Shown piece by piece: positions 8,048-16,898 of a DNA stretch of 64,000 nt. Position numbers and translations under genes: made by a program. The notes below the pieces were generated by a model. It worked only from the letters and a program-made list of their open reading frames with translations. It was not told where the DNA came from and did not search any database. The stretch lies in the NCBI GenBank assembly GCA_035514295.1, contig DATKBB010000021.1, forward strand, positions 10,460-74,459, read 5' to 3'. The stretch comes from Candidatus Limnocylindria bacterium. Its GTDB lineage: Bacteria; Chloroflexota; Limnocylindria; Limnocylindrales; CSP1-4. How positions within the stretch are numbered: the stretch's first letter is position 1; every line of letters starts with the position of its first letter.

Positions 8048-9370
8048 TCAAACGAGCGGCCCGCTTTTGACAAAGTCGGTCGCCGGCGTCCTGGGAGGGA
8101 TCGCCAGCGCGCTGGCCGCGATGAGCACGGCCAGCAGTGACAGGCTGAGCATGCCCAGCTCGAACGAGCCCGTCAGGTCGCGCAGGACACCCATCGCCAG
8201 CGGGCTGAGGCTGGCAACCACATAGCCAACACCAAAGATGACCGCGGTGCTGCGGCCGACCTCGGCGATGTCGGCGCCGAAGTCGAGCGCGATGACCAGC
8301 GTCACCGGCGCGATGAAGCCCATCGCCAGGCCGGCCACTATCGCCCAGCCATAGGCGAGACTTGGGTTCAGGACGAGCAACACGATCACCGCGCCCAGCA
8401 CCAGCCCGGGCACGATCAGGTAGTTACGCCGCTGCCCGAAGCGATCGGCGAGGTAGCCCGCCGCCAGCGTCCCGGGCACCTGCGCGAAGACCATCACCGC
8501 CAGCAGCTGGCCGGCATCAGCGGCTGACCAGCCAAGCTCGACGTACAGCGTGGGCAACCACGAGTTGAGGCCCTGGAAGAGCAGCACCAGCAGCGAGAAG
8601 ACGGTCACCGTCGCCGCCAGCAACCTCATCTTGGGCAACAACGATCCGGCTGATGAGCTCTCGACGACGGGCGCGTGGAGAGCCGCCGTCCGAGACTGAC
8701 TGCGACTGAGCACCAGCCAGGCAGCCACCGCGAGCGCGCTGAAGACGCCGATAGTCACGAAAGCCGGCCGCCAGCCGCCGGTGGCCACGGCCAGCGGCAC
8801 GGCCACGCTGGCCGTCAGCGCGCCACCCAGCTGCATGCCAACGGTGTAGACACCTGTCGCCGCTGCGGCAAGCCTGGCCGGCACCGTCGCCTTGACCAGC
8901 ATCGGCAGCAATACGCCCGCCACTCCAGCTCCCGCGCCGAGCGGCAGTGAGGCGAGCAGGATCCCTTCGATGCTGGGAAGGACCGCGCGCAACATGCCGG
9001 CGCCGACCATCAATCCGAGGGCGAGAGCGGCGGTCGGGCGCACGCCGAGGCGGCCAGCCAGCCACGGCGCAGCCAGCGACGCCAGCCCCAGGCAGAGCAC
9101 CGGCAGGCTGACCAGAAGCGAGGTCACCGCAAAGGTGGCCTCGAGCTCGGCCTGGACGTCGGGCAGGAGCGGGGTGACGCCGTAGATCAGCGGCCGGATG
9201 GCGATGGCCAGCAGGACCAGCGCTGCCCACGCTGCCAGGCCACCACGCCAGCCTGAGGCGTCCGTGGCCGGCGTGCCTGGATCTGTGCGCGCATCGGAAC
9301 CCGACGCGCCGCCACCCACAACCACTCCTGCGCCTCCCACTCGAGCGGGTCTTGACCTGGGCAAGCCCAC
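8048..9370 (-). CDS. MFS transporter (CynX/NimT-like)
   Basis: Multi-TM profile through the whole ORF. The N-terminal roughly 40 aa are Gly/Arg-rich, so the true start may be internal. Confidence 0.8.
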   Translation of the reverse strand: MGLPRSRPARVGGAGVVVGGGASGSDARTDPGTPATDASGWRGGLAAWAALVLLAIAIRPLIYGVTPLLPDVQAELEATFAVTSLLVSLPVLCLGLASLAAPWLAGRLGVRPTAALALGLMVGAGMLRAVLPSIEGILLASLPLGAGAGVAGVLLPMLVKATVPARLAAAATGVYTVGMQLGGALTASVAVPLAVATGGWRPAFVTIGVFSALAVAAWLVLSRSQSRTAALHAPVVESSSAGSLLPKMRLLAATVTVFSLLVLLFQGLNSWLPTLYVELGWSAADAGQLLAVMVFAQVPGTLAAGYLADRFGQRRNYLIVPGLVLGAVIVLLVLNPSLAYGWAIVAGLAMGFIAPVTLVIALDFGADIAEVGRSTAVIFGVGYVVASLSPLAMGVLRDLTGSFELGMLSLSLLAVLIAASALAIPPRTPATDFVKSGPLV

Positions 9371-9407
9371 GACCTATTATGGCCAAGCGTTCCATCTACA
9401 GGCTAGT

Positions 9408-9425
9408 CGTTCTGTATATCGAACG
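9408..9425. promoter_or_regulatory. candidate operator CGTTC-N8-GAACG in the divergent MFS / M19 intergenic region
   Basis: cgttctgtatatcgaacg lies about 20 bp upstream of the ATG at 9447. An extra CGTTCC half-site is at 9388-9393. Confidence 0.3.
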
Positions 9426-9446
9426 TATGCTGCGGATGGAGGGTTC

Positions 9447-10487
9447 ATGACCACCGACACGCTGCCCGGCATCGACCTCTCCCCAGCCCAGGAAGAGCGC
9501 GCCCGTGAGCTCCATGCCCGTGCTCTGGTCATCGATGGCAGCTCGGTCGTGATGCAGGAAGACGCTCACTTCGAGCGCGCCTTCGCCGGTGGCGTGACCG
9601 CGACCAACCATACCGTCACCCATCCACCGAGCGACTTCGAGACGGCGGTTCTCGACATGACGACCTGCCGCCACTGGGTCAGCCAGAACTCCGACAAGGG
9701 CCTGCTGACGCTGACCGTCGCTGACATCCAGCAGGCCAAGCAGGGCGGACGCGAGGCGATCATCTTCGGACCCCAGAACACCGAGTTCATCGGCACCGAG
9801 ATGGACAAGCTCGTCGCCGCCTACGAGCTCGGCGTGCGCGTGTTGCAGCTGACCTACCAGCGCCAGAACTGGGTCGGCGCCGGCTGTGGCGAGGCGAACG
9901 ACGGTGGGCTGAGCACCTTCGGCCGCGCGCTGGTCAAGCAGATGGACGAGCTGGGCATTGTCGTCGACCTCTCGCACTGCGGCGCCCAAACGTCGGCCCA
10001 GGCGATCGAGCTGTCAGCCAACCCGGTCATCTTCAGCCATGCCCATCCGTACGCCGTCACGCCCCACGTGCGAGCCAAGAGCGACGACCTGCTGCGCGCG
10101 CTTGCCGCCCGCGGCGGCGTCATCGGCATCACCGCCCTGTCGGCCTTCCTGGCCGACCCGGCGGAACCGCGCAAGCGAGCCGGGCTGGAGGCCTTCGCCC
10201 GGCACATGGAGTACCTGCTCAACCTGATCGGCGAAGACCACGTCGGCATCGGCCTCGACTTCGACGAGACGAACACGCCCGAGAAGTTTGCCGCCGCAAG
10301 ACGTGAGCACCCCGAGCTCGATACCGGCTTTGGCTGGGACGACAAGCGCATCCACGACCTGACCCACGCCGGCGAGGAGACGAACGTGACCCGTGTGCTC
10401 GTCTCCCTCGGGCTGTCCGACGAGGCAATCTTGAAGGTGCTCGGGGGCAACTTCCTGCGCGTCTTCGGCCAGGTCTGGAGAAGCTGA
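9447..10487 (+). CDS. M19 (renal/membrane dipeptidase)-like amidohydrolase, paralogue 1, non-canonical metal site
   Basis: DLSH, PVIFSHAH and GIGLDFDE blocks of peptidase M19. ATG at 9447 follows GGATGGAGGG. The track ORF from 9198 is upstream read-through. Confidence 0.85.
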   Translation: MTTDTLPGIDLSPAQEERARELHARALVIDGSSVVMQEDAHFERAFAGGVTATNHTVTHPPSDFETAVLDMTTCRHWVSQNSDKGLLTLTVADIQQAKQGGREAIIFGPQNTEFIGTEMDKLVAAYELGVRVLQLTYQRQNWVGAGCGEANDGGLSTFGRALVKQMDELGIVVDLSHCGAQTSAQAIELSANPVIFSHAHPYAVTPHVRAKSDDLLRALAARGGVIGITALSAFLADPAEPRKRAGLEAFARHMEYLLNLIGEDHVGIGLDFDETNTPEKFAAARREHPELDTGFGWDDKRIHDLTHAGEETNVTRVLVSLGLSDEAILKVLGGNFLRVFGQVWRS

Positions 10488-10526
10488 CCAGCCCAGGGCC
10501 AAGGGCCATCAACGCGAGGACGAGCG

Positions 10527-11618
10527 ATGTCGCCAGCCGCCCAGCACCCCTTCCTGACCCGCGAGCTGACCGCTGACGAGGAAGCGCGCGCTAGGGAGCT
10601 TCACGAGCGTGCGATCGTCATCGACACGCTGGGCGCGCTCCAGCCGACCGAGGAGTACATCAGCTCGGTCGAGGCCGGCGGCGTCGACGCGATCGGCCTG
10701 ACGCTCGTCGCCGAGCGGCACAACTTCCGCGACGCGATCGACTGGATCGTCTGGTGGAACCGCGAGCTGCGTCACTGGGAAAAGCGGCTCGTGCTGGCGA
10801 CCAGCGACGACGACATTCGGCAGGCCAAGGATGACGGCCGGATCGCGGTCATCTACCTGTTCCAGAGCGGCAAGCCGTTCGAGGATGAGGTCGGGCACGT
10901 CGAGCTGTTCCGCCAGCTGGGCGTCACCTCGAGCCAGATCACCTACAACATGCGCAACTTCCTGGGCGACGGTCACGTCGAGCCGGGCAACGCCGGCCTG
11001 AGCCTGCTCGGCCAGCAGGTCGTCGCCGAGATGAATCGGGTCGGCATGATGGTCGACCTGTCGCACGTCGGCGAGCGCACCTCGCAGGACGCCATCCGGG
11101 CGTCGGCCAGGCCGGTCTACTACTCACACGGCGGCGCCCAGTCGGTCTTCCAGACGGATCGCTTCGCGAGCGACGAAACGCTCGCCCTGCTACGCGAGAA
11201 CCGCGGCAACATCTCGGCCACCGGCCTATACCACACCAACGATGCGGCGGTCGAGCCGGTGCTGCGCAGCGTCATTGATCACGCGATGTACTGCATCGAC
11301 TTCCTGGGCGAGGACCACGTTTCGCTTTCGACCGACTTCCTCAAGGCGCCCGACTGGGTATACCGCAACGCCTTCGTCGACGCCGCCGGCTACCTCAACC
11401 TCGAGTACCCCGGCAAGCTGCTGCGCCAGCGCTACAACTGGACCGCCAAGGACAAGTTCCAGGGCTACCCCTGGTTCATCTACCCGCTCGGCATCCGGAC
11501 CTACGACGAGTACCCCAACCTCACCCGCGAGCTGGTCATCCGTGGCCTCACCGACGAGCAGATCCTGAAGATCCACGGCGAGAACTTCCTGCGCCTTTAC
11601 GGCGAAGTGGTGGGCTGA
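10527..11618 (+). CDS. M19-like amidohydrolase, paralogue 2 (divergent)
   Basis: MVDLSHVGE, PVYYSHGG and LSTDF blocks, with the same overall layout as paralogues 1 and 3. Confidence 0.8.
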   Translation: MSPAAQHPFLTRELTADEEARARELHERAIVIDTLGALQPTEEYISSVEAGGVDAIGLTLVAERHNFRDAIDWIVWWNRELRHWEKRLVLATSDDDIRQAKDDGRIAVIYLFQSGKPFEDEVGHVELFRQLGVTSSQITYNMRNFLGDGHVEPGNAGLSLLGQQVVAEMNRVGMMVDLSHVGERTSQDAIRASARPVYYSHGGAQSVFQTDRFASDETLALLRENRGNISATGLYHTNDAAVEPVLRSVIDHAMYCIDFLGEDHVSLSTDFLKAPDWVYRNAFVDAAGYLNLEYPGKLLRQRYNWTAKDKFQGYPWFIYPLGIRTYDEYPNLTRELVIRGLTDEQILKIHGENFLRLYGEVVG

Positions 11619-12665
11619 GTGAGCGCCACCTCCAACGGCTCGGTCAGCTTTCGCTACCTCAGCCAGGAGCAGGTCATCGACTTGGGTGGCCTCGACATGG
11701 CCAGCGCCGTCGACGATATCGAGGAGGTCTTCCGGCTCCACGCGACGGGCGACTACGTGCTCCCCAGCAAGGTCGTGCTGCGCTGGGGCGACCTCGATTC
11801 GGAGACCACCCGTGGCCGCATCAACGCCATGCCCGGCTATGTCGGTGGCCGCTTCGCGATGGCCGGCATGAAGTGGATCGCCAGCTTTCCCTCGAACATC
11901 CACCGCGGCATGCCGCGCGGCACGGGCGTGACCCTGCTCAACGACCCCGACACCGGCGTGCCGCTGGCGGTCATGGACGGCACGCTGATCAGCGCCATGC
12001 GGACCGGCGCCGTATCGGGCGTGGCGGCCCGCCACCTGGCCGGTCGGGACGCACGGACGGTGGGCATCATCGGCGCCGGGGTCCAGAGCCGGACCCAGCT
12101 GATGGCGGTGGCGGTCGCCCGGCCGGGCATCGAGCGTGTGCTGGTATATGACGTCGACGCGGCGCGTACCAGCGCGTGGTGCGCCGACATGGCCGAGCGC
12201 CTACCGCTGGACTACCTGGCGGCGACCTCGCCGCGTGAGCTGGTCGAGCAGTCCGACGTGCTCGTCTCGGCGACCACGGCCAGCGAGCCGATCGTGATGC
12301 CCGGCTGGGCGCCTCCTGGGCTGCTCTACCTGCAGGTCGGCGGGCGCGAGTGCGACCCGGCCGCGCTGGCCGACTTCGACCGGATCGTGGTCGACGACTG
12401 GGAGGAGATCAAGCACCGCGCCGCGCAGGCGCTGGCCCACGCGTTCGAGCTGGGCGTCATAGGCGACAACGACATCTCGGCCCACCTCGGCGAGATCGTC
12501 GTCGGCCGGCAGCCCGGTCGCGTCTCGGACGGCGAGCGGATCTACTTCTCGTCAGTGGGAATGGGTATCGAGGATGTCGCCATCGCCACGCGCATCCTGC
12601 GCACCGCCGAGGCGCGCGGCGTCGGCACCACGCTGCCGCTGTGGCAGTCACCGGTCTTCGCATGA
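11619..12665 (+). CDS. ornithine cyclodeaminase / mu-crystallin family protein
   Basis: ...INAMPGYV...GMKW....P.N...G.P...G...L.D..TG.P.A.MDG..I.A.RTGAVSGVAA..LA and the Rossmann GIIGAGVQ. GTG start abuts the previous stop. Confidence 0.85.
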   Translation: MSATSNGSVSFRYLSQEQVIDLGGLDMASAVDDIEEVFRLHATGDYVLPSKVVLRWGDLDSETTRGRINAMPGYVGGRFAMAGMKWIASFPSNIHRGMPRGTGVTLLNDPDTGVPLAVMDGTLISAMRTGAVSGVAARHLAGRDARTVGIIGAGVQSRTQLMAVAVARPGIERVLVYDVDAARTSAWCADMAERLPLDYLAATSPRELVEQSDVLVSATTASEPIVMPGWAPPGLLYLQVGGRECDPAALADFDRIVVDDWEEIKHRAAQALAHAFELGVIGDNDISAHLGEIVVGRQPGRVSDGERIYFSSVGMGIEDVAIATRILRTAEARGVGTTLPLWQSPVFA

Positions 12666-13852
12666 GCGGCGCGATGCCGCGGGCGATCGTCTGCGACCAG
12701 CTGCTTGACGGCACTGGTCGCGATCCAGTGCGGGATGCCGTCCTGCTGATCGAGGGCGACACGATCACTGCCGCGGGCCCGCGCGCGGACATCGCCATCC
12801 CAGACCGTGCCGAGGTGCTCGACTGGTCGGGCTCGACGGCGATGCCCGGCCTGATCGACTGCCACGAGCACCTGGGCCTGGACCTGGGCGACGAGGAGGG
12901 CCAGGCGGAGCAGCCCATCGAGTACACCGTCGCCCGCTGCGTGCGTACGGCGCGCAAGATCATCGGCTCGGGCATAACCACCATTCGCGACTGCGGCGAG
13001 CGGGGCATCGTGGGGCAGGTCATGAAGCGAGCCGTCGACGACGGCGTCGTGCCCGGCCCGCGCGTGCTGGCCGCCGGCCGCAACATCTGCCGCACCGGCG
13101 GTCACGGCTGGAAGATGGGTCGCGAGGCGGACGGTCCCGATGCCCTGCGCCAGGCCGTCCGGCTGAACGTCCGCGAGGGCGCCGACGTGATCAAGATCAT
13201 GGCCTCGGGCGGCATCTCGACCTTCGGCTCGACGGTCATGACGCCGGAGTTCACCGACGACGAGTTCCACGCCGTCATCGACGAGGGCCACCGGCGGGGC
13301 CGCAAGGTGGCCGCCCACGGCCACGGCGGACCAGGCGTGGCGGCGGCCGTGCGAGCCGGCGTCGACTCGATCGAGCACGGCCTGTTCCTGACCATGGACG
13401 ATGTCAGGCTGATGGTCGAGCACGGAACCTTCCTGGTAGTCACGGCCAAGTCGTTCTACGTCATCCGCGAGAGCCCGGCCGTGCCGCAGTTCCAAAAGGA
13501 CAAGGTCGGCAACGCCATCGATACCCACCGCGAGATGCTCGGCCGGACCGTCGGCAGCGGGCTCAAGGTCGCCGTCGGCACCGACGAATGCCACGGCCAG
13601 CTGTGGTTCGAGATGCAGCTTCTGCGCGAGGTCGGATACGACCCATTGACCGTCGTCTCAATCGCCACCTCGTCCGGCGCCGAGCTGCTCGGCCTGGCCG
13701 ACCGGCTGGGCACGCTCGAGGCTGGCAAGACGGCCGACGTGATCCGCGTGCCGGCAGACCCGCTGGCCGACTTTGCCGCGCTGCGCGGCGTGTCCGCCGT
13801 GCTCAAGGCCGGCGTTGCCCAGCCGCTTGACGGCCGCGACCTGGAGTGGTGA
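12662..13852 (+). CDS. amidohydrolase family protein (metal-dependent hydrolase, COG1228-like)
   Basis: MPGLIDCHEHLG (HxH motif), ...KIMASGG..., ...AHGHG... ATG at 12662 overlaps the OCD stop (ATGA). The track ORF from 12350 is read-through. Confidence 0.85.
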   Translation: MSGAMPRAIVCDQLLDGTGRDPVRDAVLLIEGDTITAAGPRADIAIPDRAEVLDWSGSTAMPGLIDCHEHLGLDLGDEEGQAEQPIEYTVARCVRTARKIIGSGITTIRDCGERGIVGQVMKRAVDDGVVPGPRVLAAGRNICRTGGHGWKMGREADGPDALRQAVRLNVREGADVIKIMASGGISTFGSTVMTPEFTDDEFHAVIDEGHRRGRKVAAHGHGGPGVAAAVRAGVDSIEHGLFLTMDDVRLMVEHGTFLVVTAKSFYVIRESPAVPQFQKDKVGNAIDTHREMLGRTVGSGLKVAVGTDECHGQLWFEMQLLREVGYDPLTVVSIATSSGAELLGLADRLGTLEAGKTADVIRVPADPLADFAALRGVSAVLKAGVAQPLDGRDLEW

Positions 13853-13859
13853 TCGACAG

Positions 13860-14270
13860 GTGAAAGAGCCGCATGTGCTGCACGACATCCCCGAGCACCT
13901 GGCCCTGCTGCGTGCCCTGTCACGGCTGGACTTCCAGTTCGACCGGCCGGCTGGCCGGCGCAGCGCGCAGCTTGTCCGGGGCTTCGCGCCGGAGAGTGTG
14001 GTCGAGGTCGTGGAGGGTCCGCCGCTGACCGTCTCGCTGCTCTTCAGCGCCAGCCCCGACCAGCCCAGCCTGGTCTGCTCGACGATGAGCCTGGTCACCT
14101 TGTCGCGGGTGCTGAGCATCGACTTCACCGACTGGCTGGCTCGCCAGATCTCACGCCGCGGCCTTGGCACGCCGTGGGCGGCCAGCCGCCGCTTCGGCAC
14201 GCGCCAGGTTGCCGCCGAGCTCCTCGGTAGCGACGCGATCCTGCTCACGATCACCGCGGCGCGCCGATGA
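13860..14270 (+). CDS. hypothetical protein
   Basis: In-frame GTG at 13860 lies 8 nt after the previous stop. No family recognised and the start is uncertain. Confidence 0.35.
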   Translation: MKEPHVLHDIPEHLALLRALSRLDFQFDRPAGRRSAQLVRGFAPESVVEVVEGPPLTVSLLFSASPDQPSLVCSTMSLVTLSRVLSIDFTDWLARQISRRGLGTPWAASRRFGTRQVAAELLGSDAILLTITAARR

Positions 14271-14376
14271 GCCTCACAAGTGTCAAAAACTCGCCTCTCC
14301 TTTTGCCGCAGGGCCGTCCGCTGGCCTTACTATTTGCGACGACCAAACTCGTTGCCGCGGACGATTGGAGAGTTGG

Positions 14377-14988
14377 ATGTCTGATCACCAGCCCAAGGTG
14401 TCACCCGTCCCAGCACGGCGCGTCGAGCCGACGCCCACGTCTTCCTCCGCGTCGGGTGGTAGGCGCGTCCTTCGCCTTCGGCTCGACGCGCCCCGCTGGG
14501 CGGCCATCGAGCAGCTGGCCGAAGATGCCGGCACGTCAGTCGAGCAGCTCGCCTCGATCTGGCTGCGCGAGCGGCTCAACGAGCGCGCCGCAGCGGCCGC
14601 CCTGGCCAAGACGGCTGACGAGCTGGGTGCCATCCGCGCCGAGCTGGCCCGGCTGATCGCGGTGCAGCGCGGCGGGGACAGCCAGAGCGACGCCACCACC
14701 CGCACCGCCTCGAGTCGGCGCTCGGCCCGCGAGCGCGACGGCGACTCGGGCGGCCCGCGCAGCAGCCTGCACAAGGAGATCGTCGCCGTCCTGCAGGAGC
14801 ATGGCGGTCCGCTTTCGGCCGGCGAGATCGCCGCGGCCATTCGCCAGCGCGGCCAATATGCCGCGCCGCGCAGCAGCCAGCCGATCTCGGGTGCGACGGT
14901 CAGCCGGCGAATTGCCAATCCCTACTACCGCTCTCTCTTCGAGCGCCGTGGCCGGCGCGTCGGACTGACCCGAAAGCCGGCACGCTGA
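14377..14988 (+). CDS. hypothetical DNA-binding-like protein (RHH-like N-terminus, winged-helix-like C-terminus)
   Basis: ATG at 14377 follows GGAGAG. The N-terminus (RVLRLRLDAPRWAAIEQLAEDAGTSVEQLASIWLRERL) looks like a CopG/RHH strand-helix-helix. The C-terminus (LHKEIVAVLQEHGGPLSAGEIAAAIRQRG...) looks like an Mrr_N/HARE-type wHTH. Confidence 0.45.
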   Translation: MSDHQPKVSPVPARRVEPTPTSSSASGGRRVLRLRLDAPRWAAIEQLAEDAGTSVEQLASIWLRERLNERAAAAALAKTADELGAIRAELARLIAVQRGGDSQSDATTRTASSRRSARERDGDSGGPRSSLHKEIVAVLQEHGGPLSAGEIAAAIRQRGQYAAPRSSQPISGATVSRRIANPYYRSLFERRGRRVGLTRKPAR

Positions 14989-15032
14989 GCGTCCATGGCG
15001 CGGGTGAGGGGCCTGCCCGGGGCTGACCGACC

Positions 15033-15953
15033 GTGATCGGCTACGCACTGCGCCGGCTGGTGTACGGCGTGATCGCCCTCTTCGGCGTGTCGGTAATCAC
15101 CTTCCTGACCGTCTTCGCCGCGGGCGATCCGACGCTGCTCATCCTGCCGCCCGGCTCGCACTCGCCCGAGGAGATCGCCATAGCGCGGGCCGCGCTGGGC
15201 CTCGACCGGCCGCTGCCGGTGCAGTACTTCGAGTTCATCACTCGCGCGCTGCAGGGCGACTTCGGCCGCTCGCTGCGCTTCTCGATCCCCTCGATGCAGC
15301 TGGTCATGGAACGTTTGCCGAACACGGTCCTGCTGGCCACCAGCGCGGTCGTGCTGGCTTCGGTCATCGGCATCCCGCTGGGCGTCCTGAGCGCGCTGCG
15401 CAAGGGCTCAAAGCTCGACGACCTGGTGGTCACCATCTCGAGCCTGGGCCTGGCCGCCCCGTCGTTCTGGATCGGGACGATGCTGATCATCATCTTTGCC
15501 GTCCACTTCCGCTGGTTCCCGCCGTCGGGCACGGGCTCGTGGCAGCACCTCGTGCTGCCCATGGTCACCCTCGCCGCCGCACCGATACCGGTGCTCGTCC
15601 GCTTCACGCGGGCGGGCATGATCGACGTCCTCTCGCGCGAGTACATCACCACCGCCCACGCCAAGGGACTGCACCCGCGGACAGTCCTCTACCGGCATGC
15701 CCTGCGCAACACGCTGATCCCGGTGATCACGATCCTCGGCCTCGAGATGGGCGCGCTGCTCGGCGGCGCAGTGGTGACCGAGAACGTCTTCGGCTGGCCG
15801 GGCATCGGCCAGCTGGTCGTCAGCTCGGTGACCGGCCGCGACCTGCCGGTGGTCGTGACGGTGGTGATGGTCGGCTCGGCGATCTTCATCGTGGCCAACC
15901 TGATCGTCGACCTGCTTTACGTCTACATCAACCCCACGATCAGGGTCCGATGA
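15033..15953 (+). CDS. ABC transporter permease (DppB/OppB type)
   Basis: Typical N-terminus MIGYALRRLVYGVIALFGVSVITF and a binding-protein-dependent transport signature region. Confidence 0.9.
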   Translation: MIGYALRRLVYGVIALFGVSVITFLTVFAAGDPTLLILPPGSHSPEEIAIARAALGLDRPLPVQYFEFITRALQGDFGRSLRFSIPSMQLVMERLPNTVLLATSAVVLASVIGIPLGVLSALRKGSKLDDLVVTISSLGLAAPSFWIGTMLIIIFAVHFRWFPPSGTGSWQHLVLPMVTLAAAPIPVLVRFTRAGMIDVLSREYITTAHAKGLHPRTVLYRHALRNTLIPVITILGLEMGALLGGAVVTENVFGWPGIGQLVVSSVTGRDLPVVVTVVMVGSAIFIVANLIVDLLYVYINPTIRVR

Positions 15954-16867
15954 GCGCGCCGCCGCTGACGCTCATCGGACGCCTCAACCCGCTGGCCTGG
16001 CTGCGCGGTGCGCGGCGCTACGGCATCGGCAGCAGCCGCCTGCTGGTGATCGGCATCGTTATCGTCTCGATCGCCATCCTGACCGCCATCTTCGGGCCGT
16101 TGCTGGCACCGTACGACCCGGTCGCCGTTTCGCTGCGCGACCGGCTGGTACCGCCCAGCCCGGAGCACCTGCTGGGGACCGACCAGCTGGGCCGCGACAT
16201 CTTCAGCCGGATCCTGCACGCCGGCCGGGTGACGATCTCGATCGCGCTCGTGGCGATGGTCGTGTCGGCCGGGATCGGCATCAGCGTCGGCATCGTGTCG
16301 GGCTACTTCGGCGGGCGGGTCGACATGATCACCCAGCGCATCGTCGACATTCAGCTCGCCTTCCCGACCATCCTGCTGGCGATCACCGTCGTCGCGGTGC
16401 TCGGCTCGTCGGTGCCGATCCTGATCGCCGTCTTCGTCTTCGCCGGCTGGGCGAGGTACGTGCGGGTCATCCGCGCCCAGACGCTCGTCGTGCGCGAGAC
16501 GCAGTACGTAGAAGCGGCGCGGGCGATGGGTGCGACCCGGCGGCACATCCTGCTGCGTTACGTGGCGCCCAACCTGCTTACCGAGATCATCGCCCTGATG
16601 AACCTCGAGGTGGCGCGCATCGTGCTCCTCGAGTCGGGCCTCAGCTACCTCGGGCTGGGCGTCCAGCCGCCGCTGCCGACGTGGGGAAACATGCTCTCCG
16701 ACGGCCGGCTCTACCTGACCTCGGCCTGGTGGTTCGTCACCTTCCCGGGCCTCGCCATCATGGCCGTCGTGCTGGGCATGAACCTGCTAGCCGAGGGCCT
16801 GCGCGCTTTCTATGACCCCCGCGAGCGGCGTTTCGCGGAAGCCACCGTCAGCAGCTCGCAGGGATGA
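15950..16867 (+). CDS. ABC transporter permease (DppC/OppC type)
   Basis: ATG at 15950 overlaps the previous stop (ATGA). LLGTDQLGRDIFSRILHG motif. The track ORF from 15539 is read-through. Confidence 0.9.
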   Translation: MSAPPLTLIGRLNPLAWLRGARRYGIGSSRLLVIGIVIVSIAILTAIFGPLLAPYDPVAVSLRDRLVPPSPEHLLGTDQLGRDIFSRILHAGRVTISIALVAMVVSAGIGISVGIVSGYFGGRVDMITQRIVDIQLAFPTILLAITVVAVLGSSVPILIAVFVFAGWARYVRVIRAQTLVVRETQYVEAARAMGATRRHILLRYVAPNLLTEIIALMNLEVARIVLLESGLSYLGLGVQPPLPTWGNMLSDGRLYLTSAWWFVTFPGLAIMAVVLGMNLLAEGLRAFYDPRERRFAEATVSSSQG

Positions 16868-16898
16868 GCGCCCTGACGGCCCAGCGAAAGGAGCCCCA

